The position numbers were made by a program, and so were the translations under genes. A DNA stretch of 64,000 nucleotides, from the NCBI GenBank assembly GCA_021734945.1, contig JAIPIA010000001.1:4465-68464 (forward strand), in the 5' to 3' direction. The notes under the pieces were generated by a model that made no database searches, was not told where the DNA came from, and was given only the letters and a program-made list of their open reading frames with translations. The stretch comes from Minisyncoccota bacterium (GTDB lineage Bacteria > Patescibacteriota > Minisyncoccia > Phycocordibacterales > CAIZLB01). Shown here one piece after another: positions 48,604 to 58,773 of this stretch (positions are counted from its first letter, which is position 1; each line of letters opens with the position of its first letter).

Positions 48604-50511
48604 ATGTCCAAAGCTTGCTGTGGAGATACAGAAAAAATCGTCGAAGAAAAAAAGATAAACTGGCGTACCATTGCTACGGTTATTTCTGGTATCGGTACTG
48701 TTCTGGGTTTTCTCCTCTCGTATGCTGGGGTATCTGAAAACATAACCAGTGTTCTTTTTCTTATCTCGATAGTCGTCGGAGGTGTCTTTGTCGTACAGGG
48801 TGCATTTGAAGGACTTACCAAGAAGAAGTTTTTGAACATTGAGTTTCTTGTGGTCATTGCTTCTATTGGAGCCCTGTACCTCGGAGAGCTTGGAGAGGCA
48901 TCTGCTGTTATTTTCTTCTTTTCGCTTGCCGAAGCTTTTGAAAGCTTTGGTGTGAAGCGTTCAAGAAAGGCTCTTGAAGAACTGGTGAAGAATAATCCAA
49001 AGCAAGCAACACTCAAAGATGGCAGAGTTCTCGATATTGATTCCGTGCAGTTGAATGCAATCGTTGTCATGAAGCCAGGTGATCTCATTCCCCTCGATGG
49101 GACAATCATTCTTGGCACGAGTGCTATAAACGAAGCTTCAATCACGGGAGAATCGCTTCCAAAGGATAAAATCGTTGGCGATGCTGTCTATGCTGGAACT
49201 ATAAACGTAAACGGCTATCTTGAAATAAGGGTTACAAAAATAAGTAAGGATTCTACTATCTCAAAGATTGTTGAACTAGTATCGAGTGCTCAAGAATCAA
49301 AGACGCAGTCTGAGGAGTTTGTAGACAGTTTTGCTAAGTACTACACACCAGCAGTCGCTCTTGTAGCCCTCCTCATAGTCGCCATACCCGTACTTTTCTT
49401 TGATGGCAGTTTCTTGATTTGGCTTGAGCGAGCTATCACACTTCTCGTTGTCGCTTGTCCTTGTGCACTTGTAATTGCGACGCCTGTCACAGTAACCTCA
49501 GCTCTCGGCGGTGCATCAAAGAAAGGAATACTTATAAAAGGTGGAAAGTTCTTGGAACTTTTAGGAAAAGTAAATGTGATTGCGTTCGACAAAACAGGTA
49601 CGCTCACTATCGGCAAACCTGTTGTTACTGATGTCATTGTCTTCAATGGCTTTACTGAGCAGGAATTACTCGAAGATGTTGCTGGTATGGAGTCATTCTC
49701 CACACATCCACTCGCAGAAGCCATCATTGATTATGCAAAGAAAAAAGGAATCACTCCCCATCAAATGGAATCGTACCAGAACATTCCTGGCAAAGGAGGA
49801 AAAGCAATCTGTAAAATCTGTGACGACCTTGAACATTGTGTTGGCAACCTTAAGATGATGGATGCTCACAATGTATCTGTCGATGAGATAACCAAAGACA
49901 CTGAGAAGTTTGAAAAAGAGGGTAAGACGGTTGTCTTGGTGAGTGAAAAAGACAAGGTGATGGGAATGCTCGCAATATCAGATATTGTTCGAGAAGCTTC
50001 AGCTAACACTATACATACTCTTTCTTTAAACAACGTTTCGTCTGCAATGCTAACTGGTGACAATGTCCACAGTGCAAAATATATTTCTGAAGAACTCGGC
50101 ATACAGAATGTTTTTGCTGGACTTCTGCCTGAAGAAAAAGTGGAAAAGATAAGAGAGCTTAAAGAAAAGTACGGAGTTGTCGCAATGGTGGGTGACGGAG
50201 TAAATGACGCACCCGCTCTCGCACTCTCTGACGTGGGCATCGCTATGGGTGGCAAGGGAACGGACATTGCCCTCGAAACTGCTGATATGGTTTTGATGAA
50301 TGACCGTATTGAACTCATACCTGATATCGTGAAGCTCGGAAAACGAACACTCGGAACCATAAAAGTTAATGTCGCTCTGGCAGTCGGTTCAAAACTTGTC
50401 TTCGTTGGATTGGCTATCTTTGGAATGGCGAACCTTGGGGTGGCAATTGCTACAGATACGGGGGTCGCGATACTGGTGATATTGAATGGACTTAGGCTAT
50501 TTAAGTCTTAA
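48604..50511 (+). CDS. heavy-metal translocating P1B-type ATPase, likely Zn/Cd/Pb (P1B-2) type; lacks a classical HMA domain
   Basis: CPC in TM6 (VACPCALVIATP), DKTGTLT, GDGVNDAPAL. TM7 Lys (KVNVALAVGSKL) and TM8 DTG favour P1B-2. N-terminal Cys pair MSKACCGD. Confidence 0.8.
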   Translation: MSKACCGDTEKIVEEKKINWRTIATVISGIGTVLGFLLSYAGVSENITSVLFLISIVVGGVFVVQGAFEGLTKKKFLNIEFLVVIASIGALYLGELGEASAVIFFFSLAEAFESFGVKRSRKALEELVKNNPKQATLKDGRVLDIDSVQLNAIVVMKPGDLIPLDGTIILGTSAINEASITGESLPKDKIVGDAVYAGTINVNGYLEIRVTKISKDSTISKIVELVSSAQESKTQSEEFVDSFAKYYTPAVALVALLIVAIPVLFFDGSFLIWLERAITLLVVACPCALVIATPVTVTSALGGASKKGILIKGGKFLELLGKVNVIAFDKTGTLTIGKPVVTDVIVFNGFTEQELLEDVAGMESFSTHPLAEAIIDYAKKKGITPHQMESYQNIPGKGGKAICKICDDLEHCVGNLKMMDAHNVSVDEITKDTEKFEKEGKTVVLVSEKDKVMGMLAISDIVREASANTIHTLSLNNVSSAMLTGDNVHSAKYISEELGIQNVFAGLLPEEKVEKIRELKEKYGVVAMVGDGVNDAPALALSDVGIAMGGKGTDIALETADMVLMNDRIELIPDIVKLGKRTLGTIKVNVALAVGSKLVFVGLAIFGMANLGVAIATDTGVAILVILNGLRLFKS

Positions 50512-50569
50512 AAATATAGACATTTTATCTCTGGAAATGATGCTGTTTTTGGGTTAAAATGGATAGCCT

Positions 50570-51757
50570 ATGCGAAAAAAGATACTGGTAGCCACTGTCC
50601 TCGGATTGATGGTGATTGTACCCATAATCAGTCTGAAAGTGACAGGTTTAGAGTCAATAAAAGATACAAATCAAGATATTGTGGTCGCTAAGTCACTGAG
50701 CGATCTTCCTGTTGGCGAAGTTAAGGAGTATCAAGTACAGAAGGGTGATACTTTTGCCGGTGTCATGACCAATATGGGTATTCAATATGACGAAGCTCTT
50801 GCCATCATGAACTCTTCAAAAGATACTTTTGATTTCACTAAAATAAATGCTGGAAAGTTCTTGAAGTTTGTGTTTGTTAACGAAGCTTTTGCAGCGATGG
50901 AATATCCGCTCAACAGCGACACTGTCATTCATGTTAAAAGAGAAGATGATTCTTTCAAGATAACTGAGGAAGATATTCCGTACAATATTGAGATGACGAC
51001 AGCTAAGGGCACAATTACTGATTCTTTGTTTGTTGCGGCTCAGGATGTTGGAGTTGAGGATAAGGTTACGTTAAAACTTGCAGATATATTTTCTAGCGAC
51101 ATAGACTTTGCTACTGATATCCAAGACGGCGATTCGTTCTCTGTCGTGTATGAAAAGAGAACGTTAGATGGCAAGCCTGCCAGTGCGGGAAAAGTGCTTG
51201 GTGCAAAATTTACAAATGACGGTACAACTTACACCGCTTTTCGTTACAATGATGGATTCTATAATGAAGACGGAGAGTCACTCACTCGTCAATTTCTCAA
51301 ATCTCCACTCAACTATGCTCGTATAAGTTCGGGATTCAGTTTTAAGCGAACAAATCCAGTGACTAAACAGGTTACTCCTCATCGTGCTATTGATTACGCC
51401 GCATCTGCAGGTACTCCTGTTATTGCAACTGCTGATGGAACGGTCTCTGTTGCTGGTTCAAAAGGAGGTCTGGGAATAACGGTAGAGTTAAAGCATGGCG
51501 AGTATCTTACGCAATACGCTCATCTCTCAGATATTGCGGACGGTATTAAAAAGGGCGTCGATGTAAAACAAGGAGACATTGTCGGCTACGTAGGTTCAAC
51601 AGGCATTTCAACTGGTCCACATTTGCAGTATGCAATGTTTAAGAATGGTAACCCTATCAACCCATTAGATACGGATTTCCCAAGAGGAGAAGCTTTGAGT
51701 GATTCTGAAAAACCTAATTTTGATTCTGTAAAAAATAAATTACTAGGTCTTATCTAG
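50570..51757 (+). CDS. M23-family metallopeptidase (LytM/lysostaphin-like), secreted
   Basis: HRAIDYAASAGTPVIATADG, HGEYLTQYAHLS, GYVGSTGISTGPHLQYAM (HxxxD ... HxH motifs). Signal anchor. Confidence 0.8.
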   Translation: MRKKILVATVLGLMVIVPIISLKVTGLESIKDTNQDIVVAKSLSDLPVGEVKEYQVQKGDTFAGVMTNMGIQYDEALAIMNSSKDTFDFTKINAGKFLKFVFVNEAFAAMEYPLNSDTVIHVKREDDSFKITEEDIPYNIEMTTAKGTITDSLFVAAQDVGVEDKVTLKLADIFSSDIDFATDIQDGDSFSVVYEKRTLDGKPASAGKVLGAKFTNDGTTYTAFRYNDGFYNEDGESLTRQFLKSPLNYARISSGFSFKRTNPVTKQVTPHRAIDYAASAGTPVIATADGTVSVAGSKGGLGITVELKHGEYLTQYAHLSDIADGIKKGVDVKQGDIVGYVGSTGISTGPHLQYAMFKNGNPINPLDTDFPRGEALSDSEKPNFDSVKNKLLGLI

Positions 51758-53070
51758 TTGCTGAGTGATAGCACCTTATCCTTAAGTGTCAGTTTACTTT
51801 TTAGGTGACTCAGTAGTTCTCGCTTTTCGTATAGAGGTCTCTTTCTTAGAATGTGCTTGGCGTAGTTGCGTATATCTATATCTTTTATTTTTACTTTCTC
51901 TTTGACTTCTTTTCCTAGTACTGATTCTTGAAATTCATTATGAGCTTCTATTTCAGCTCTAATTCTGTCTTTCATTCCGATTTCATCTAGTGATATCACA
52001 TCAAGTACATTTGCTAATTGTTCTATCAAGTCTTCTTCTCGTACATACCCGCATTGGCAATTTTTATCCTTAAATTTAGTGCATCCATAGTAGACGTAGC
52101 GATTTGTCGTTCCGTCTTTAAGTTTCTTGAATTTCTCGTCAGCGGTTATGCCTGATCCACATAGTCCGCAGGTAATCATCTTGGTAAAGGCGAACTCCTT
52201 ATCCTGAGTCCTTGTTAGGTGATCGTTGCTTATCTTATCCTGCACTTGGTTATATAAATCTTTCGTGATGATCGGCTCGTGCTTTCCGACATACCATTGT
52301 CCGCTTCCTTTCGGGTACTCAAATTCGCCGTAGTAGAAAGTGCTTTTGAGAATTATGTACACATTACTCAGTGTCAGTGGCTTTCCGTGCTTTGTCTTGA
52401 ATCGTATGTCCTCAGCTAACCACTTGAAGAGCTTCCGTCCAGACCATCCGTCGTATGCTACTTTCTCGAACATCTGTTTAATCACATGAGCTCTTTGCTC
52501 ATCGGGCATCACCTCACACTTTCTGTTCCTGTCAGAGTGGCTCAGATAACCCGTTGGGGGAACTGATGGCCATAATCCCATTTCGCATCTCGCTCGAAGT
52601 CCTCGCTTTACGTTCACCATCTTGTTGTCGTTCTCCAGTTTCGCTTGGCTTCCCAAAATCATCAGAAGGAATTTCTCATTTGGATTGTTTGTGAACTTCT
52701 GTCCGTAAGTGCGGATTTCGTGCAGAAGCTTCTGATCCATCAGGTCTACTACCGACCCAAGGTCACCAGCATTTCTGCTTAATCGGTCGGGTTCCCATGT
52801 CAGGATTCCGTTAAATTTTCCTTGTCTTATTTCACTGATCAGCTCGTTATATACAGGTCTTTGTCCAACCTCTTTTGATGAGTGCGATTCTCGCTTTATT
52901 TCGACTATTTCTAAACCCTCTCGCTCGGCGAGACTTATCATCTCTTTAACCTGCGATTCTATTGATAATGCTTGTTTGTCTTCTTGCTCTGTTGATTTGC
53001 GAGCATAGAGGCAGTACTTAATCGGTATGACCTCCTCAGGCTTCTCTGGTTGCTTGTTTTCTATCTTCAT
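51754..53070 (-). CDS. large serine recombinase (resolvase/invertase catalytic domain, recombinase domain and zinc ribbon); probable integrase of the downstream island
   Basis: N-terminal YARKSTEQED...SIESQ catalytic Ser motif, DRLSRN, C-terminal CGLCGSG...YYGC zinc ribbon. 438 aa. Confidence 0.85.
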   Translation of the reverse strand: MKIENKQPEKPEEVIPIKYCLYARKSTEQEDKQALSIESQVKEMISLAEREGLEIVEIKRESHSSKEVGQRPVYNELISEIRQGKFNGILTWEPDRLSRNAGDLGSVVDLMDQKLLHEIRTYGQKFTNNPNEKFLLMILGSQAKLENDNKMVNVKRGLRARCEMGLWPSVPPTGYLSHSDRNRKCEVMPDEQRAHVIKQMFEKVAYDGWSGRKLFKWLAEDIRFKTKHGKPLTLSNVYIILKSTFYYGEFEYPKGSGQWYVGKHEPIITKDLYNQVQDKISNDHLTRTQDKEFAFTKMITCGLCGSGITADEKFKKLKDGTTNRYVYYGCTKFKDKNCQCGYVREEDLIEQLANVLDVISLDEIGMKDRIRAEIEAHNEFQESVLGKEVKEKVKIKDIDIRNYAKHILRKRPLYEKRELLSHLKSKLTLKDKVLSLSN

Positions 53071-53169
53071 ACCTACATTGATGACGCTGATTGCTCTAGG
53101 AGTCTAGAGCGTCCTAGACTGGCTAAGTCGGTAACTTTTTAGGCTCAAAATCTTTCAAAATTAGCATTT

Positions 53170-56100
53170 TTGTTGTATGATTTGTTGCAAATATACACCA
53201 TGAGTGCCTCAAAATTTAAATTTTTAAAAGATGCTCCTATTGGAAAAGAATCCCAAGGTTTTTTTGATTTCTATCATAAAAATATAGCCCCAGCATTAAA
53301 GACAATTGTTGAAAATGATTCATGTGTTCATACTGTTGGTTTATTTGGGAAATGGGGTAGCGGAAAAAGTACTATTATCAAACTACTTAAAGAGGGTGGA
53401 GTTGAGGATGCGACCATCGTAGAATTCGACTGTTGGAAATATGAAAAGGATTCACTGAGAAGACAGTTGCTTTTACAGATCGCTAAAGATCTTGGTGTGA
53501 GTAGAAAGAATATCGATGAACTAGAAAAAGAGCTTTATTTTTCTTTGAGCGAAACTATAAATGAAAAAGTATCAATTTCTTGGGGATATCTAAAGAAAGT
53601 GGCACTTATTTCTTTCGCTTTTCTTCTGCCGGTAGGTTTTATAACATGGCAAATATTTCCTGATGTTGCTACACAATGGAAACTTTGGGTTGGCACTAGT
53701 TTTTCTCTAGTCTTATCCATTGCATTGTTAGTAGAGAAGGTGTTGGGTGATGATTTCAAAAAAATTATAATGGTCTCACCAATAACTGCCTCAAAAGCCC
53801 AACTCAGCTCCCCAGAACAGTTTGAGCGTTCTTTTATAAAGATATTAAAAACTACAAAAATCGATAAACAAAAAATTATTATTGTTATTGATAACCTTGA
53901 TCGTGTTGAATCGAAGGTAGCAACTGAGGTTTTGGCAACTCTCAAAACATTTTTAGAGATAAGTGAAGATAATTTGGGAAAAAAGAAGGTGATATTTCTT
54001 GTTCCGTGCGACTTTGATGCGATTAAAAAATCTGCTCCAAGTGCTGAGTTAGCGGATGAATTTTTAAGAAAGATTTTTAATGTAGTGATTTGGACACCTG
54101 AGTTCATCGATGTCGATATTCGAACATTTATAAAAGAACAAATAAGTCAGACTGGCGATATCAAAACTCACCTTGATGAAGAAGATGTAATTTTGGTCAT
54201 TGATTCCGCCTTTGCTAATAGCCCCAGAGAAATAAAACAATTTATAAACAATCTCATTTCTTCACTGATTGTTGCTTCTGAAACGGAAGTAAAAGATATT
54301 GTAGAAAAGAATGTTGCTTATATGGCAAAAGTACTTGTACTCATGCATAAATATCCAAAGGCATTTCAGAATCTAAAAAAGCTTTGGTATGCTCCTGAGG
54401 AAATTATTAATACTTATGAAGAGGTTCTCATAAAACATGAAAAAGAGGAATTTAACGAAGGCTTCAAAAATTTCATGCTGAGCACAAGCCGGATCACAGT
54501 ACTAGATGCTGAACCTTTCATTTATTTAAAGAAGCCTGTTGTATCTAATCGATTAACTAATGCAGACCCCATCCGACTTAGCCTTATTGAAGCAAAAGAG
54601 ACGGAGGCAAAAGACTTGGTGCAATCTGAGACTGACAAAGTTGCCCTTGTTGAGTTCATTATATCTATTTTGAATAAGTACCAGAACCAACCCGAAATAC
54701 TGAAGAACGTATTTATTACGCAACTTTCGATATTTAAAGAACTCAATATTTCAATTACAAAAAATTATTTAAACAAAGTAGGATCTCTTTTGGACGGTAA
54801 GGTATGGCCATATTTTCAAGATCTAAAGACAGACTTGATTTTTAGTTTTATTATCGCAGATGCTCAATTAGAACAGAATTTAAAGAAAAACATCCTAGAG
54901 CGGTATGTCTTGGCTTTAACTTCTACAGAAGAGTTTAAGAATTTTCAAAAAATAGAAATAGCAAAATTGATAATTAAAAGTTTGATTGAACATCAAAATC
55001 TGCTTACACCTGATCAAAAAATTAAGTTTGCACAGTCAATTGAACAAATATATACAGGTAAAGAAGACGTGATTGAATTATTTGTAAAAGCTGATGACCG
55101 TGGGCAGTTAATAACTAAGAAGACATTAGAGCAAGTAATAACAGGTAGTACTTTAGAGAATTTCTCTCTTAGGAAGGATCTATTCGTTAGCTTTCAGAAA
55201 TTGATTTCACTAAGAAAACTATTTTCTTTAATCTACGTTAAATTATCAGAATTATTGTCTCAACATAATACAAAACAGCCAGCTTTCGGTGAAGAAAAGG
55301 AACAGTATTTAAAACAGGTTCTTGAGCTAATATCCAAATATAAAGATGACCTTGCTCAGGTTCCAAAACCTGACGTAATTGAACTTGTAAGGTTGAATAT
55401 ACAAACGTTTAATAATATTAGCTCTTGGGATCAGCGGATTACGATTATCAATATCCTACAGCACTTACAGAGTATTGCAGATGATGGTCAAAAAGCGGAG
55501 ATAGGGTCTTTACTGAGTCAGTTTATACAGAATGCGACACCTGCGACTGTTCAAAAAATGTTTGCTTATTGGAAAATAACTTACATTCAATCTCTTATTA
55601 CAAAATTATTGACGCAATTACAACCGAGAATATCTTCAGATAAGATTTTTGCAAAAGTTATTTATGATTTTGCATCAACTGAGACCAGATTGGCAATATT
55701 AAAGTATCTTATTACTAACGAACATGATGCAACTATCGACTTTATCGGAACTCTTGCTGAAGGTGATTTTAATCGGGTTGAGGTAGTAAAAATGTTCTTG
55801 GATAAAGCTAAAACACTTCAAGCTAGCGATCGTGTAAGAATATATGATTTCATTTCTGAAAAAATTAGTATAAATGATGAGGTCGCTATAAAAGACCTTG
55901 TTGTAGAGCAAATCCGAGAATTACTTAATCAAGATGAACAAAATGTTTCCAAGGTTGGTTTTGATTTCTTTTGTAAGTCAGATTTTCTCGGGGAAGCTAA
56001 AAAGCGAGATGCTATCATAAAACCCGCGCTTGAATATCTTAGACAAGCTGGAAAAACTATAACTGAACAAAATAGTTACACGCTAAAAGCCATAGCCTCT

Positions 56101-56421
56101 TTTTTCAATAAACTACAGGAGACACCGCAAAAAGATTTTGTGTACTCTCTATTCAATATGTTGAGACCTGATAGAAATATGCAAACTATTGAAACTAGTC
56201 TTGAGAATTTGTTACTTGTTAAACCAGCTTTTGGCACATACGAGAAAGATTACAAAGATTTACTTGAGTCCCTAAAGAATTGGACTCAAGAAAACACAAA
56301 AACAAAGGTAATAGAGGCCATTGTTAGTCTTAAATCATTAGGTAATTTAAGTACCGAAGAAAAAGACTTTTGGAACTCAGTTGATGAGTTACTACCCAAA
56401 AAAGGAGAATCAGAAGTTTAA
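53170..56421 (+). CDS. KAP-family P-loop NTPase with TM helices inserted in the NTPase domain (Tmn-like); start possibly at 53200
   Basis: Walker A GLFGKWGSGKST, FDCWKYEKD, two hydrophobic helices (LISFAFLLPVGFITW, GTSFSLVLSIALLV) between Walker A and Walker B IIIVIDNLDR, KAP motif NSPREIKQFINNL. About 650-aa alpha-helical C-terminal region. Confidence 0.8.
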   Translation: MLYDLLQIYTMSASKFKFLKDAPIGKESQGFFDFYHKNIAPALKTIVENDSCVHTVGLFGKWGSGKSTIIKLLKEGGVEDATIVEFDCWKYEKDSLRRQLLLQIAKDLGVSRKNIDELEKELYFSLSETINEKVSISWGYLKKVALISFAFLLPVGFITWQIFPDVATQWKLWVGTSFSLVLSIALLVEKVLGDDFKKIIMVSPITASKAQLSSPEQFERSFIKILKTTKIDKQKIIIVIDNLDRVESKVATEVLATLKTFLEISEDNLGKKKVIFLVPCDFDAIKKSAPSAELADEFLRKIFNVVIWTPEFIDVDIRTFIKEQISQTGDIKTHLDEEDVILVIDSAFANSPREIKQFINNLISSLIVASETEVKDIVEKNVAYMAKVLVLMHKYPKAFQNLKKLWYAPEEIINTYEEVLIKHEKEEFNEGFKNFMLSTSRITVLDAEPFIYLKKPVVSNRLTNADPIRLSLIEAKETEAKDLVQSETDKVALVEFIISILNKYQNQPEILKNVFITQLSIFKELNISITKNYLNKVGSLLDGKVWPYFQDLKTDLIFSFIIADAQLEQNLKKNILERYVLALTSTEEFKNFQKIEIAKLIIKSLIEHQNLLTPDQKIKFAQSIEQIYTGKEDVIELFVKADDRGQLITKKTLEQVITGSTLENFSLRKDLFVSFQKLISLRKLFSLIYVKLSELLSQHNTKQPAFGEEKEQYLKQVLELISKYKDDLAQVPKPDVIELVRLNIQTFNNISSWDQRITIINILQHLQSIADDGQKAEIGSLLSQFIQNATPATVQKMFAYWKITYIQSLITKLLTQLQPRISSDKIFAKVIYDFASTETRLAILKYLITNEHDATIDFIGTLAEGDFNRVEVVKMFLDKAKTLQASDRVRIYDFISEKISINDEVAIKDLVVEQIRELLNQDEQNVSKVGFDFFCKSDFLGEAKKRDAIIKPALEYLRQAGKTITEQNSYTLKAIASFFNKLQETPQKDFVYSLFNMLRPDRNMQTIETSLENLLLVKPAFGTYEKDYKDLLESLKNWTQENTKTKVIEAIVSLKSLGNLSTEEKDFWNSVDELLPKKGESEV

Positions 56422-56513
56422 AATTAGACCTAATTCCCTTACTGGGATACCTGTAGGTAACTTTATTTTTTCTTTCTACACATTTTATCTGATTCAAGCT
56501 AACATGTAGATTA

Positions 56514-57335
56514 ATGGCAAAGAAGATTTTAGCTTACATAAAACAAAAACCTCACTTTTCACACAAAGATTTTGTACTGTATCTTGGTGATTCTACTGAT
56601 ATTCTCAACTCACTTCCTGAAGGTTCAATAGATATGATTTTTGCAGATCCTCCGTACATGCTTTCAAACGGAGGCTTTACTGTTCATGCTGGAAAAATGG
56701 TAAGTGTCGACAAAGGAAACTGGGACAAGAGTAAGGGATTTGATGAGGATTATGCTTTTCACAAAAGATGGTTGGAAGCGTGTCATAGGGTTTTAAAACC
56801 ACATGGCACCATCTGGGTTAGTGGCACCTATCACTCTATCTATCAATGTGGTCATGCAATTCAATCAATTGGCTTCCATGTCTTAAACGATATTACTTGG
56901 TTTAAACCAAACGCATCACCAAACCTTAGTTGCCGTTTCTTTACCGCAAGTCACGAGACGATTCTTTGGGCTAGGAAACATAAGAAAGCAAAACACACTT
57001 TCAATTACGATTTGATGAAAAATGGTGAATGGGCAGAAGATTTTATAAAGAAGCCTAATTTACAAATGCGTTCAGTGTGGGCAGTTAATCCTCCAAAGAA
57101 AGAAGAGAAGAAATTTACAAAGCACCCAACACAAAAACCCCTTTCACTTCTTGAGAGAATTGTCTTAGCTAGTACTAATAAGGGAGACATTGTACTCGAC
57201 CCATTTACTGGAAGTTCAACAACAGGAATCGCCGCGAAAAAGCACGGACGAAAGTTTATCGGTATTGATACTGAGGAGAAGTACTTAGATCTTTCTCAAA
57301 AACGCTTTCAAGATTTAGTCGGGGCTGGTAATTAA
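56514..57335 (+). CDS. beta-class N6-adenine/N4-cytosine DNA methyltransferase (DpnA/M.HinfI-like)
   Basis: Motif IV IFADPPY precedes motif I LDPFTGSSTTGIAAKKHGRKFIGID (beta permutation). Also TKHPTQKPLSLLERI. Confidence 0.85.
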   Translation: MAKKILAYIKQKPHFSHKDFVLYLGDSTDILNSLPEGSIDMIFADPPYMLSNGGFTVHAGKMVSVDKGNWDKSKGFDEDYAFHKRWLEACHRVLKPHGTIWVSGTYHSIYQCGHAIQSIGFHVLNDITWFKPNASPNLSCRFFTASHETILWARKHKKAKHTFNYDLMKNGEWAEDFIKKPNLQMRSVWAVNPPKKEEKKFTKHPTQKPLSLLERIVLASTNKGDIVLDPFTGSSTTGIAAKKHGRKFIGIDTEEKYLDLSQKRFQDLVGAGN

Positions 57336-58173
57336 CTATTACCACTTCGGATATTTTTCCACGTTTATCAGATTTTGAATTAATCATTCTATTGGCGTAT
57401 ACAGGAATCTGTTTATATCCAGAATATATTTCTTGAATAAAAGGTGCACTTGAATTGCTGAGCATTACATATACACCTTTTTTGTCGAGTTCAATAAATA
57501 AGTCTCGAAGCTTTATTTGGTCATCTTTAGAAAAAGAATCTTTACTGTAACTAGTAAAACTGGATGTCTCGGAAAGTGGGTGATACGGCGGATCAAAATA
57601 TACAAAATCTCCAGCTTTAGCATTCTTTACAGCATCAACAAATGAACCGCTCGTTATTTTAGCATTTGAAAGTATTTTAGAAACTGATCGCAGGTTTTCC
57701 TCGTCTACAATTTTTGGATTCTTGTAACTACCAATCGGTACATTGAATCCACCTTTTGAATTTTCTCGATACACACCATTAAATGCTGTCTTATTGAAGA
57801 AGAGGAAGTAGAGACTCTTATCAAAGTCTTCATGAGATAATGAATTATATCTTTCCCGTAATGCATAATAAACCTCTTTGCGAGCAATCTCGTCTTTTTT
57901 GAGAAAATCTTCCTCAAGTTTCTTAAGAGACTTTATCAATCCCTCTACATCATTCTTTATGTGAATATAAGTCTGAGCAAGTGTTTTATTTATATCGTTG
58001 ATATGTGCCTTTTTAGGATTAATTGAAAAAAATACCGCACCTCCACCGATAAAGGGTTCAAAGTATGAATTAAATTCTTTCGGGAAAAGACTCTCGAACT
58101 GAGCAAGAAGTTGTCCCTTTCCACCTACCCATTTTAGGAATGGTTTTGCTTTTTTAGTGTTATTTAACTTCAC
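57256..58173 (-). CDS. alpha-class Dam-family N6-adenine DNA methyltransferase (DpnM/GATC-type)
   Basis: PFLKWVGGKGQLL, motif I YFEPFIGGGAVFF, INDIN, motif IV VYFDPPYHP. The 3' 80 nt overlap the convergent beta-methyltransferase gene. Confidence 0.85.
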   Translation of the reverse strand: MKLNNTKKAKPFLKWVGGKGQLLAQFESLFPKEFNSYFEPFIGGGAVFFSINPKKAHINDINKTLAQTYIHIKNDVEGLIKSLKKLEEDFLKKDEIARKEVYYALRERYNSLSHEDFDKSLYFLFFNKTAFNGVYRENSKGGFNVPIGSYKNPKIVDEENLRSVSKILSNAKITSGSFVDAVKNAKAGDFVYFDPPYHPLSETSSFTSYSKDSFSKDDQIKLRDLFIELDKKGVYVMLSNSSAPFIQEIYSGYKQIPVYANRMINSKSDKRGKISEVVIVNYQPRLNLESVFEKDLSTSPQYQYR

Positions 58174-58248
58174 GGTTCCATTTTATCATTTTGGAATCAA
58201 TAAGCCTATATCATTGTTATTGGACTGATTTTGTGATTAAATTGAATC

Positions 58249-58773
58249 ATGAAAATAGGAGGGATTGGAGGTGCTAATACAAAATCAGGGCTCCATTTTG
58301 AAGGAAGGGTTGATTTCCTTGAGGTTCTTAAGACTGTGTCTGGATACGAAGTAAAGGAAGATGGATCAATCTTATTTCAAGGCAAGGTGGTTGCTCTCAA
58401 CCTTCGAAAGAGTCGACTCTACAAATACCTTGAAAGCAAGGGTGTAAACCATAAAGAAATTCTATCAAAGAAGCTTCTACCTGATGATGCGATCCTGATT
58501 CTTGGCACTAATGCATTTTATGTAATTGAAATTAAGTTTCAGAGTGTCGCAGGATCGGTAGATGAAAAATTACAGACATGTCATTTTAAAAAACGACAGT
58601 ATGAAAAGCTAATGGATTCACTCGGTGTAAAAGTTGAGTATATTTATATTCTAAGTGAGTGGTTCCAAGCACCTGCATACAAAGATGTACTCGCATATAT
58701 CAAGGAGGTTGACTGCGATTATTTCTTTGAAGAAATCACACTAAATCGACTAGGTCTTCCGTCTCCAAAATAA
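58249..58773 (+). CDS. candidate type II restriction endonuclease (PD-(D/E)xK fold), 174 aa
   Basis: LPDDAILILGTNAFYVIEIKFQ gives a textbook PD-x(13)-EIK signature. Adjacent to the two methyltransferases. Confidence 0.4.
   Translation: MKIGGIGGANTKSGLHFEGRVDFLEVLKTVSGYEVKEDGSILFQGKVVALNLRKSRLYKYLESKGVNHKEILSKKLLPDDAILILGTNAFYVIEIKFQSVAGSVDEKLQTCHFKKRQYEKLMDSLGVKVEYIYILSEWFQAPAYKDVLAYIKEVDCDYFFEEITLNRLGLPSPK

Noticed and set aside
56514-58173. Considered whether the 80-bp overlap of the two convergent methyltransferase genes indicates a frameshift or pseudogene
   Set aside because: Both ORFs retain all catalytic motifs in order and full length. The overlap affects only non-conserved C-terminal tails. 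Both genes are judged intact, and the overlap is reported as a finding instead.
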